Source: Candidatus Limnocylindria bacterium
GTDB lineage: Bacteria; Chloroflexota; Limnocylindria; P2-11E
NCBI GenBank assembly: GCA_050692175.1
Contig: JBOGTG010000103.1
Coordinates: 1,363-65,362 of the forward strand
DNA: 64,000 nt
Direction of reading: 5' to 3'
Position 1 is the first letter of the stretch. Each line of letters starts with the position of its first letter. Below are positions 1 through 10,360 of the stretch, in pieces. The translations under genes were made by a program, and so were the position numbers. Below the pieces are notes generated by a model. The model made no database searches, had not been told where the DNA came from, and was given only the letters and a program-made list of their open reading frames with translations.

Positions 1-613
1 AGTGGGCGCCGACGCCGACGGAGCCGGCGTCGCTCTCGACGATGTCCCAGATCGCGGCGAGGTTCACGCGGGTTCGCACGACCGCCACGACCACGTTGTT
101 CGCGGCGACCGGCGACGAAAAGAAGAGAGCGGGCCTGTTGGTGATCACCGAGTAGGAGGGGTCGCTCACGTACGGCGTGCCTCTGGTCGCGGTGAGGAAG
201 TACTCGCGGAAGGCGATGCTCGTGCCTTCGTCGGTCAGAAGCGAGGCCGCGACGATGGTGCCCTTGAGGTCCACGACGGCGACGGATTCGTACTCCGGCG
301 ACCGGGCCGCCGCCGCCGAGAGCGCCGTGCGCGCGGCGGCGCGTGCTTCCTGGTCGCCGAGGTTCGTCGCGTAGCGGACGATGTCCGGCAGCTTGGCCAC
401 GAGAATGATGTCGCCGAGGCGGCTCGCCAGGTATGCATCGATGGCGTTCGCGGTGGAGGTGGAGCGCTGGCGGATGTTCGTGACGCCGAGCGCGGTGAGG
501 TCGTTACGGGTGTTGTTTGTGGAGACGACGCTGACCAGCCCTATCGGCGCCACCCCGACGATGACCAGCGCCGCGAGGACCTTCTGCCAGAACCGGACAC
601 GTGGCCGACCCAT
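1..613 (-). CDS. Sensor protein N-terminus (TM helix plus Cache-like extracytoplasmic domain). Only the 5' part is present; the gene continues off the left edge.
   Basis: Not in the ORF track because there is no stop inside the window. The reverse complement from ATG (613-611) reads MGRPRVRFWQKVLAALVIVGVAPIGLVSVVSTNNTRNDL...VVDLKGTIVAASLLTDEGTSIAFREYFLTATRGTPYVSDPSYSVITNRPALFFSSPV and stays open to position 1. Listed + ORF 2..700 is its antisense shadow. Confidence 0.6.
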   Translation of the reverse strand, partial: MGRPRVRFWQKVLAALVIVGVAPIGLVSVVSTNNTRNDLTALGVTNIRQRSTSTANAIDAYLASRLGDIILVAKLPDIVRYATNLGDQEARAAARTALSAAAARSPEYESVAVVDLKGTIVAASLLTDEGTSIAFREYFLTATRGTPYVSDPSYSVITNRPALFFSSPVAANNVVVAVVRTRVNLAAIWDIVESDAGSVGVGAH

Positions 614-811
614 ACCGCCGCTCCCCTGCCCCGCGCGCCCGAATCGCCACCTTCGCGCGCGAGTAAGCGCATCGTCGGCGGCCTAGAGCCAACGGCCTAG
701 TCACAGGCTGGCACGCGCTCGTACCGGAAAGGTCCTAGTACCGCCGAGCCGCTCTGCCCTACCATTCCTCCAAACAACACACGAAGACGTGCCCGCGCAC
801 GTGGAGGACAA

Positions 812-1018
812 GTGGCCAACGGAACGATCAAGAAGCTCGTCGGCGACAGGGGCTTCGGCTTTATCCAGACCGAGGACGGCTCAGACATCTTTTTCCACCG
901 GTCGCAGGTGGAAGGCGACGCGTTCGATACCCTCCGTGAGGGTCAGAGCGTGACTTACGAGAAGGGGATGGATCCCCGCCGCGGCAAGCCGCAGGCGGAG
1001 AAGATCACTCCGGCCTAG
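812..1018 (+). CDS. cspA: Cold-shock protein (CspA family, CSD fold)
   Basis: The 68 aa product has KGFGFI-like (RGFGFI) and DIFFH (RNP-2-like) motifs. GGAGGA lies just upstream of the GTG start. A leader of about 200 nt precedes it. Confidence 0.92.
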   Translation: MANGTIKKLVGDRGFGFIQTEDGSDIFFHRSQVEGDAFDTLREGQSVTYEKGMDPRRGKPQAEKITPA

Positions 1019-1530
1019 GTTCTCGCGGGCAGGCTCCGGAAGCCGCCGCTTCGCCTAGCGTCGCGCAGCAGACCACGAAGGAGACGCTTCGACGTTTCCA
1101 GCTGCTCGCGATCGTCCGCCGTCAGACCCGCACGCGCGGCGTCGACGCGCCACCAGCACTCGAAGCCCCAGAGTCGCTCGTCGCCCAGGCGGAGCCGTGG
1201 GATGCCCCCGTCGCTTCGGCGCGGGTCGCCCGTCTCGAAGTCGAAGAACCCTTCGAAGAGCGCCGCCGCCCCGGTCCGGTCGGGCTCGCCCTCGCGGCAG
1301 TCGAGAAGGATGACGCACGGCGTCCCAGGGCGGAGCTCGTCTCGCGCGCGCAGCGGCCGGCGACCGCGGTCACCTCGCCCTTGCGGGATACGGCCGGGGG
1401 TACGGCGGTCGGATCGCGGCTCGATCCGACGCTGCGGACCACGGGCCGGAGCCGGCGACGACGAGGTCGGTCGCGGCTCCGCTTTCGGCCTGCGCGATCG
1501 GAAACGGCGCCGTCGTGGACGCTCTCGCAT
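1015..1530 (-). CDS. Hypothetical protein. Only the C-terminal ~100 aa look convincingly coding, and the 5' end is unresolved.
   Basis: High GC3 in this frame from about 1325 down to 1015 (..PCVILLDCREGEPDRTGAAALFEGFFDFETGDPRR..WGFECWWRVDAARAGL..). Upstream, the best GC3 moves to two other frames (see findings). Confidence 0.3.
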   Translation of the reverse strand: MRERPRRRRFRSRRPKAEPRPTSSSPAPARGPQRRIEPRSDRRTPGRIPQGRGDRGRRPLRARDELRPGTPCVILLDCREGEPDRTGAAALFEGFFDFETGDPRRSDGGIPRLRLGDERLWGFECWWRVDAARAGLTADDREQLETSKRLLRGLLRDARRSGGFRSLPART

Positions 1531-1572
1531 CCGAGGAGTCTACGGCGCTCGACGCCTTTACCATCGACGTAG

Positions 1573-4266
1573 ATGCGTGACATCCACGACGTCTATGACG
1601 AGTTCAAGCAGCAGCTGCCCGATATCGACACCGAAGAGACGCAGGAGTGGATCGAGTCGCTCGACGCGCTCGTAAAGCAATCGGGCGGCGACCGCGCTCG
1701 CTTCGTCCTCTACAAGCTGCTCAAGCGGGCTCGGATGCTGCACGTCGGGCTGCCGCCGCTGACGCAGACGCGCTACATCAACACCATCTCGCCGGAGCAG
1801 GAGCCCTACTTCCCGGGCGACGAAGAGATGGAGCTCCGCATCCGGCGGCTCATCCGCTGGAACGCGGTCGCCATGGTCGTCCGCGCGAACCATCACTACG
1901 AGGGGATCGGCGGTCATCTGGCGACGTACGCCTCTGCAGCGAGCCTGTACGAGGTGGGCTTCAACCACTTCTTCCGCGGAAAGGACGACGACGCATCCGG
2001 CGATCAGATCTTCTTCCAGGGACACGCCGCGCCAGGCATTTACGCACGAGCGTTCGTGGAGGGTCGCCTCAGCGAATCGCAGCTCGACCACTTCCGGCGG
2101 GAGGCCGTTCCGGGCGAAGGTCTGTCGAGCTATCCGCACCCGAGGCTGATGCCTGAGTTCTGGGAGTTCCCGACCGTCTCGATGGGACTCGGCCCACTCG
2201 CCGCGATCTACCAGGCGCGCTTCAACCGCTACCTGCACAACCGTGGCATCAAAGACACGTCGACGTCGCGAGTCTGGGCATTCATCGGCGACGGCGAGTG
2301 CGACGAGCCCGAGTCGCTCGGCGCGCTCCACGTCGCGGCGCGCGAGGGCCTCGACAACCTGACTTTCGTGGTGAACTGCAACCTCCAGCGTCTCGACGGC
2401 CCGGTCCGCGGCAACGGCAAGATCATCCAGGAGCTCGAGTCGGTCTTCCGCGGGTCAGGGTGGAACGTGCTGAAGGTCCTCTGGTCGCGCGAGTGGGACG
2501 AGCTGCTCGCGCGCGACGTCGAGGGCGTGCTCGTGAACCGTATGGCCGAGACGACCGACGGCGAGTCGCAGCGTATGACGATCGCCGACGGCGCCTACAT
2601 CCGCGAGAAGTTTTTCGGAACGGACCCGCGGCTGCTCAAGATGGTCGAGCATCTCTCCGACGAGCAGCTGCGCGGCCTGCGGCGCGGCGGTCACGACTAC
2701 CGTAAGGTCTACGCCGCGTACCACGCCGCGGTTCGTCACTCCGGCGCGCCGACGGCGGTCCTGGCGCAAACCGTGAAGGGCTGGGCGCTCGGGCCATCGG
2801 TGGAGGCGCGCAACATCACGCACCAGGCGAAGAAGATGAGCTTCGAAGAGCTCAAGATCTTCCGCGACCGCCTCCAGCTTCCGATCTCGGACGACAAGCT
2901 CACCGAAGACCCGCCCTACTACCACCCCGGCCTTGACTCGCCGGAGGTGCGGTACATGATCGAGCGCCGTCGCGCCCTCGGCGGCTTCGTGCCGAGGCGC
3001 GTCGTCCGCGCGAAACCGCTTCCGCAGCCGGAGGCCTCAGCCTTCGCCGAATTCCCCCGCGGCTCGGGCACCGCCGCCGCGTCGACGACGATGGCGTTCA
3101 CCCGTCTGCTCCGGAACCTGCTGCGCGACAAGAACGTCGGCAAGCGCGTCGTGCCGATCATCCCGGACGAGGCGCGCACGTTTGGCATGGACCCTCTCTT
3201 CAAGGAAGTCGGGATCTACTCGCCACTCGGGCAGCGTTACGAGCCCGTCGATGCGGAGACGCTCCTTCCCTACCGCGAGGCGATCGATGGTCAGGTGCTC
3301 GAGGAGGGCATAACCGAATCGGGCTCCATGGCGTCGTTCACGGCCGCCGGCACGAGCTACGCGACGCACGGCGAGCAGATGCTCCCCTTTTACGTCTTTT
3401 ACTCGATGTTCGGGCTGCAGCGGACCGGCGATCAGGTCTGGGCATTCGGCGACGCGCGCGGCCGCGGCTTCCTCTGCGGCGCGACCGCCGGGCGCACGAC
3501 GCTCAACGGCGAAGGCCTGCAGCACGAGGATGGGCACAGCCAGCTCCTCGCGACATCTGTCCCGAACATCCGCGCCTACGACCCGGCGTTCGCGTACGAG
3601 ACCGCAGTGATCGTGCGCGACGGCATCAAGCGGATGCTCGGCGACGGCGAGGACATCTTCTACTACCTCACCCTGTACAACGAGAACTACCCGCAGCCGG
3701 CGATGGCCGACGGTGTCGAGGAGGGGATCGTCCGCGGGATCTATCTCTTCCGCCCCGGCGAGGAGGGTCGGCGGCGGCGGGTCACGCTCCTCGGATCGGG
3801 CTCGATCATGCAGCAGGTCCTGCGCGCGCAGGAGCTCCTCCAGGGGAAGTACGACGTGGGCGCGGACGTCTACAGCGTCACGAGCTACCAGCAGCTGCGC
3901 AACGAGGCGCTCGAGGTCGAGCGCTGGAATCGGCTCCACCCTGAGGCCGAGCCGCGCCTCCCGCACGTGACCAGCGTTCTCGGCGGGCATTCGCCGATCG
4001 TCGCGGCCTCGGACTGGCTCAAGGCCATCCCCGATCAGGTCTCGCGCTGGGTGGGTAGTCCTTTTGTATCGCTGGGCACCGACGGCTTCGGCCGGAGCGA
4101 CACGAGAGCGGCGCTGCGCCGCCACTTCGAGATCGACGCGGAGAGCGTGGCCACCGCCTCGCTGCACGCCCTCGCCCTGTGCGAGCAGTACGGGACCGCG
4201 GACGTCGCGAAGGCCATCGCCGAGCTCGGGATCGACCCGAACAAACCGGAGCCGCGAACCGCTTAG
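1573..4266 (+). CDS. aceE: Pyruvate dehydrogenase E1 component, homodimeric type
   Basis: The 897 aa product shows full-length resemblance to AceE (..RWNAVAMVVRAN..GGHLATYASAASLYEVGFNHFFRG..FFQGHAAPGIYARAF..). Size and order are typical. Confidence 0.95.
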   Translation: MRDIHDVYDEFKQQLPDIDTEETQEWIESLDALVKQSGGDRARFVLYKLLKRARMLHVGLPPLTQTRYINTISPEQEPYFPGDEEMELRIRRLIRWNAVAMVVRANHHYEGIGGHLATYASAASLYEVGFNHFFRGKDDDASGDQIFFQGHAAPGIYARAFVEGRLSESQLDHFRREAVPGEGLSSYPHPRLMPEFWEFPTVSMGLGPLAAIYQARFNRYLHNRGIKDTSTSRVWAFIGDGECDEPESLGALHVAAREGLDNLTFVVNCNLQRLDGPVRGNGKIIQELESVFRGSGWNVLKVLWSREWDELLARDVEGVLVNRMAETTDGESQRMTIADGAYIREKFFGTDPRLLKMVEHLSDEQLRGLRRGGHDYRKVYAAYHAAVRHSGAPTAVLAQTVKGWALGPSVEARNITHQAKKMSFEELKIFRDRLQLPISDDKLTEDPPYYHPGLDSPEVRYMIERRRALGGFVPRRVVRAKPLPQPEASAFAEFPRGSGTAAASTTMAFTRLLRNLLRDKNVGKRVVPIIPDEARTFGMDPLFKEVGIYSPLGQRYEPVDAETLLPYREAIDGQVLEEGITESGSMASFTAAGTSYATHGEQMLPFYVFYSMFGLQRTGDQVWAFGDARGRGFLCGATAGRTTLNGEGLQHEDGHSQLLATSVPNIRAYDPAFAYETAVIVRDGIKRMLGDGEDIFYYLTLYNENYPQPAMADGVEEGIVRGIYLFRPGEEGRRRRVTLLGSGSIMQQVLRAQELLQGKYDVGADVYSVTSYQQLRNEALEVERWNRLHPEAEPRLPHVTSVLGGHSPIVAASDWLKAIPDQVSRWVGSPFVSLGTDGFGRSDTRAALRRHFEIDAESVATASLHALALCEQYGTADVAKAIAELGIDPNKPEPRTA

Positions 4267-4821
4267 AGCACACCGACCTCGAGTGGGTGCTCGCCAAGCG
4301 CGTCGACGCGGAAGGCGCGACCCCAGGCCGCGCGCTCACGATCTCGACAAGTCGCTCGTCGTCGTACCTCGCGGCGACCCCGTCGTCCAGCGCGATCCCA
4401 GGCGGGAGGCCCGCCGCGATCTCGCGCGCATAGACCGGACGTCGGCGCTCCTGCGAGTCGTAGTGCGGGCACGCGCTTCCTTCGAGCAGCTCGAGGCCGT
4501 CGCGCAGCTTACCGAGCTCGAGCGTGAACGAGTCGGTGATCCCGGCCTCGAACCAGCAGATGCATCCGGCCGACCATCCGGTGAGGATCGTCCCGTTCCG
4601 GTACGCACTGCGAAGCGCGTCTTCCACGCCGTGCAGACGCCAGATCGCGAGCATGTTCGCGGTGTTCCCGCCGCCGACCATCACGACGTCCTGTGCCCGA
4701 ATGATGCAGTGGGGACGAACAGCACCTTCGGCCGCGGCCGCCTGGTCAGGCCGAGGACGTAGCGCGTCAGCGCGTGGTAATGGAGCTGCTCGCCTCCGCA
4801 GGCGACGACGCGTCTTGGCAT
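4263..4821 (-). pseudogene. Peptidase S51 (dipeptidase E / cyanophycinase-like), disrupted by an internal deletion plus two frame changes
   Basis: The N-terminal 46 codons (4821-4681, MPRRVVACGGEQL..KVLFVPTAS..) stop at a TGA. The core lies in a second frame (..QDVVMVGGGNTANMLAIWRLHG..TGWSAGCICWFE..CPHYD..). The natural C-terminus (RAFRVDALGEHPLEVGVL*) lies in a third frame and ends at 4263. About 45 aa expected between PTAS and VGGGNT are absent. Confidence 0.7.
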
Positions 4822-4859
4822 CGGCGCTCACTCTGCCAGAGCACGCCGGCGCTCAGTCG

Positions 4860-5795
4860 CTACGCACCAGCGTCGGCGAAGTACTCGAGCGGCCCGGCGT
4901 CACTCGTCACCGCCGACAGCCTCTCGACGGGGATGCGCAGGAACGCGCTCACAATGACCGGATCGAACTGCTTCCCGCTGCAACGCTCGATCTCGGTGAT
5001 GGCATCCTCGAGGCTCATGGCGCGGCGATACGGACGGTCGGACGTCATCGCGTCGACTGCGTCGGCCAGTGCGAAGATTCGAGCTCCGAGCGGGATGTCT
5101 TCGCCGGCCAGCCCGTCGGGATAGCCGCTGCCGTCGAAGCGCTCGTGATGGTGGCGCACGATCTCAGCGGGGCCGCTCAGGTATGGGATGCCGGCCAGGA
5201 TCCGCGCGCCGTACGCGGGATGACGCTTCATGATTCGCCACTCCGAGCCGTCAAGCTCGCCGGTCTTTCGCAGGATCTCGTCCGGAATGCCGATCTTTCC
5301 GAGATCGTGGAGCAGCGCACCACGCCGGAGCGTCCGTATGTCCACCTTCGGTGAGCGCAGCTCGCGGGCCATGAGATCCATGTAGCGCGCGACACGCTGC
5401 GCGTGCCCCTCGGTCTCGCGATCGCGGACATCGAGCGCCAGCGAGAGCGCCCGGAGCGTCGAGTCGTACGCGCTCTCGCTCTCGCTCAGCGCGGCTTCCA
5501 GCGCGCGCGCCTGGGCGCCCATCTGGTCCGAGGTGCGGCCGTAGGCGCGCTTGAGCACGAGCCAGAGCACCGCCGCTTCCGCGGTCATGATCCCGGCGGT
5601 CGTGAGCTGCACATCTCGCACGAGGCCGTCGAGTGACTGCCCGCCCCCCAGAGTCAGCGAGTACAGGGCTCCCAGACCGATCGCGACCGCGATGGCCAGT
5701 AGGACCGCGACGATCGCAAGTGCGACGCGGATCGGGTTCCCCGGGCGCGGCGGCGCCAGCGGAAAGTCGCGTACACCCACCACCGGTGCGGCCAT
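4860..5795 (-). CDS. Membrane-anchored HD-GYP domain protein (putative c-di-GMP phosphodiesterase)
   Basis: N-terminal hydrophobic segments are present. Motifs GHAQRVARY, LLHDLGKIGIP and HHHERFDGSGYPDGL are intact. Confidence 0.85.
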   Translation of the reverse strand: MAAPVVGVRDFPLAPPRPGNPIRVALAIVAVLLAIAVAIGLGALYSLTLGGGQSLDGLVRDVQLTTAGIMTAEAAVLWLVLKRAYGRTSDQMGAQARALEAALSESESAYDSTLRALSLALDVRDRETEGHAQRVARYMDLMARELRSPKVDIRTLRRGALLHDLGKIGIPDEILRKTGELDGSEWRIMKRHPAYGARILAGIPYLSGPAEIVRHHHERFDGSGYPDGLAGEDIPLGARIFALADAVDAMTSDRPYRRAMSLEDAITEIERCSGKQFDPVIVSAFLRIPVERLSAVTSDAGPLEYFADAGA

Positions 5796-5900
5796 CAGTA
5801 GGGCGAATTGTAGGAAGCGCCGACGGCAAAAACCCGCCCGAAAACCGCCCGCAGGAGGGTCCCCCGTCGCAACTCGTTAGCAGTGCGGCGCGCAGGCCGG

Positions 5901-7607
5901 TTAGTTCACTGTCGTGGTGCGGTGTCCCTGCGCGAGCCAGGCCGGGATCGCCGTCGCGACCATGGGGCGTCCGACGAAGAAGCCCTGGGCGCTGTCGCAG
6001 CCGACGGCCGCGCAGGCATCGTACGTGGCCTGGTCTTCGATCCCTTCGGCGACGACCTTCATCCCGAGCGCGTGTCCGAGATTGGTGATCAGCTTCACGA
6101 TCTCGGCGCTGCCGCGGTCGCGCGTCATCCGGCCCACGAACGAGCGGTCGATCTTCACGGCATAGGCCGGAAGGCGTTGCAGGTAGGCGAGCGAGCTGTA
6201 ACCGACACCGAAATCGTCGATGGCGAGCTGAACACCCAGGTCACGGAGCTCGGCGAGCGTGCGCAGGACCCGGTTGGGCTCGGCCATGAGCATCGTCTCG
6301 GTGATCTCGAACCCCAGCCACCCCGGCGGGATACCGGCACGCTCGAGCGCCTGAGCGACGACGCGGGGAAGCTCCGGATCGAGCAGGTTGCGTATCGAGA
6401 GGTTCACTGCCGCCTGAACCGGTATGTTCGCCTCACGCCACGCGGCGCACTGCGCGAGCGTCATCGCGAGCACGCGGGCGAAGAGCGACTTCACGAGACC
6501 GGACCGCTCGGCGAGCGGGATGAATTCCCCTGGCGCGACAAGGCCGCGGTCCGGATGACGCCAGCGCGCGAGCGCCTCGACGCGCGTCACCTCGCCCTCC
6601 GCGAAGCCAACGATGGGCTGATAGACGACCTGCAGCTGGTCCGTTTCGATGGTGTGGCGAAGCTCGGCCACAAGGGCGAGCCGATCGGATCCTTCGGGAT
6701 CGGCTTCCTCCGCGTACACCGCGGACCCGCCTGGGGTCCGCTTCGCGACGTACATGGCGATATCCGCCCGTCGCATGAGAGTCTCGACATCCTCCCCGTG
6801 CTGCGGGCTGACGGCGATGCCAATGGAGATGGCGATCTCGTGAGCGCCTCCCTGAATGTCGAACGGCCGCTGCAGCGCGGCGATGATCTTCTGCGCGACG
6901 TGTCCCGCGCCGCCTTCGTCGGCGCCAGGAAGGAGTACGGCGAACTCGTCACCGCCGAGGCGCGCGACGGTGTCGGTCTCGCGCAGATCAGCGGTGATCC
7001 GCTGCGCGACCTCGCCGATGAGAAGGTCACCGGCCGGGTGCCCGAAGGTGTCGTTGATCTCCTTGAATCGATCGAGGTCCATCACCAGGAGGGCGAGCGG
7101 CGTCGCAAGACGGCGCGCGGTCCGGAGCGCCTGCTCGAGACGGTCGAGCAGCAGCGAGCGGTTGGGAAGACCGGTCAGGGGATCGTGGAGCGCCAGCCGT
7201 TCGAGCTCGTGCTCGGCCTTCTTGCGGTCGGTGACGTCGGTGAAGCTCGAGACGACCTCGCGGACCCTGCCGAAGGCGTCCGCGATCGGGACCGCATCGA
7301 CGAGAAGCCAGCGCACGTAGCCGTCCGCGCGGACCATGCCCATCATCACGTTGCGGATCGGCACGCCCCGGACCTGCGCCGCGACGTTCGGGACCTCGTC
7401 GTCCGGCATCGTCGTGCCGTCCTCGCGGATGCGGCGGTCCTCACCTGGTGCCTCCGCGCCTTCGAGCTCCTCGGGCGGTCGCCCGAAGATGCGCGTCGCC
7501 GCGGCGTTCGCGTAGACGACGCCGCCGGCTGCGTTGCGGACAACGACGCCGCACGCCATCGCGTCGTATATCTCGGCGAGGTCGCTCTCCGATCGCGGGA
7601 TACCCAT
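5901..7607 (-). CDS. PAS-GGDEF-EAL protein (diguanylate cyclase/phosphodiesterase)
   Basis: A PAS-like N-terminus is followed by RLGGDEFAVLL, QPIV..EALARW, EITE and DDFGVGYSSLAYL motifs. Confidence 0.9.
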   Translation of the reverse strand: MGIPRSESDLAEIYDAMACGVVVRNAAGGVVYANAAATRIFGRPPEELEGAEAPGEDRRIREDGTTMPDDEVPNVAAQVRGVPIRNVMMGMVRADGYVRWLLVDAVPIADAFGRVREVVSSFTDVTDRKKAEHELERLALHDPLTGLPNRSLLLDRLEQALRTARRLATPLALLVMDLDRFKEINDTFGHPAGDLLIGEVAQRITADLRETDTVARLGGDEFAVLLPGADEGGAGHVAQKIIAALQRPFDIQGGAHEIAISIGIAVSPQHGEDVETLMRRADIAMYVAKRTPGGSAVYAEEADPEGSDRLALVAELRHTIETDQLQVVYQPIVGFAEGEVTRVEALARWRHPDRGLVAPGEFIPLAERSGLVKSLFARVLAMTLAQCAAWREANIPVQAAVNLSIRNLLDPELPRVVAQALERAGIPPGWLGFEITETMLMAEPNRVLRTLAELRDLGVQLAIDDFGVGYSSLAYLQRLPAYAVKIDRSFVGRMTRDRGSAEIVKLITNLGHALGMKVVAEGIEDQATYDACAAVGCDSAQGFFVGRPMVATAIPAWLAQGHRTTTVN

Positions 7608-7710
7608 CGTGGCACGGCCCTCCTCGCGACACGCGGTCGAGGCGGACGCTACGCGCCGTGGATTTCGCGCGAGGAGTGCAAGGGGTATCGGGCTTAATGA
7701 GTCGGAAGTA

Positions 7711-8037
7711 CTAGAGGCGGACTCTTGTCAGTCGATCCTTCTCTTTGTCGCTCACGTTGCCATCCGCCCGTCTGTAGGCGATCGCGCGATCGAGGCTGAC
7801 GCGCCAGTCCAGAGGAGCGAACTCACCGAGGAAGGCTCGCACGAAGCGATCGCGAAGCCACGAGAGCGGCGGCCCGACCGGCGCGCCCGCCAGCACGACT
7901 GCGGTGAGGGCTACATCGAACTCGCCCTCGCCGCGAGCCGCGTTCGCCCAATCGATCACCACCGGACCGCACCGCGTCAGCATCACGTTCGCGGGATGAA
8001 GATCCAGATGCAGGATCGAAGGGCCATCGCCGGTCAC
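7711..8037 (-). CDS. Orphan C-terminal lobe of an APH/choline-kinase-like phosphotransferase (108 aa)
   Basis: The GTG start overlaps the upstream stop (GTGA). The catalytic-loop motif HLDLHPANVML and VIDW are present. No N-lobe is encoded upstream in any frame. Confidence 0.5.
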   Translation of the reverse strand: MTGDGPSILHLDLHPANVMLTRCGPVVIDWANAARGEGEFDVALTAVVLAGAPVGPPLSWLRDRFVRAFLGEFAPLDWRVSLDRAIAYRRADGNVSDKEKDRLTRVRL

Positions 8038-8647
8038 CGGGACTCGCGACGGAATTCCACAACCCTCCCCTGCTCGCAGCGGTAGGTGGCGACCGAGGTC
8101 GACGATTCGATCCGGCCGGTGACGACGCCGTCGGGTGTGACGGATGCGCTGCCAGTGATGTGCTGCACCCCTGCGCCACCCCAGCGGCCGCTCGAGGTTC
8201 CGCCGCCGTTCACGCGGCACTCGACGGTGGCTGGAACGATCAACGCGATGTAGAGCAGGATCGCTCCGTAACCGGCGAGCGCGCCCCCGATCGCGGCCGG
8301 GCGACCCGCAGAAAGCGGCCGTCGGTGCAATGCCCGGTACAGCAGGACGATCGCCACGATCCCTACCGGGAGGACGGCGAGCCCGATCCCGAACGCACCC
8401 AGGACCCCAAAGAGAAGCGCCGCGCTGCCCAGCAGCGCGAGGAACGCGATGTATCCAGCGCGGCTCCACGGAACGAGCTGCGCGCCGACCGCTATGGCGA
8501 ACGTCGCGACCGCGACGAGCGCGAAGTCGAACGGATGTGGTTCGAAGACCTTGTTACCGCCGGCGCGGAGCGACAGGTAGAGCGGAAAGAGGAGAGTGGC
8601 GGAAGCCGCTGCGAAGATCGCGGCGATCGCGACGCGAATCGCCGGGT

Positions 8648-8651
<4 letters not shown>
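8034..8651 (-). CDS. Integral membrane protein (about 4 TM) with a Cys-containing C-terminal tail
   Basis: The GTG at 8651 overlaps the ettA stop (GTGA). The N-terminal 150 aa are strongly hydrophobic. The longer track ORF (to 9104) is an ettA shadow. Confidence 0.55.
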
Positions 8652-10327
<1,676 letters not shown>

Positions 10328-10360
10328 GCAAAAACCGTAACAGGTACGCTTTACAGCGTC

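Noticed and set aside
5883-7697. 604-aa + strand ORF, among the longest in the track
   Set aside because: It is Arg/Asp/His-rich with no motifs and lies exactly antisense to the well-supported PAS-GGDEF-EAL gene. It is a high-GC shadow ORF. The same reasoning applies to 2..700(+), 1558..2331(-), 3037..4167(-), 20423..21655(-), 24524..25501(-), 28391..30073(+), 30134..31405(+), 31717..33525(+), 33372..34568(+), 36596..38095(-), 38412..39428(-), 42256..44421(+), 43688..44650(-), 49094..50539(+) and 62135..63124(-).
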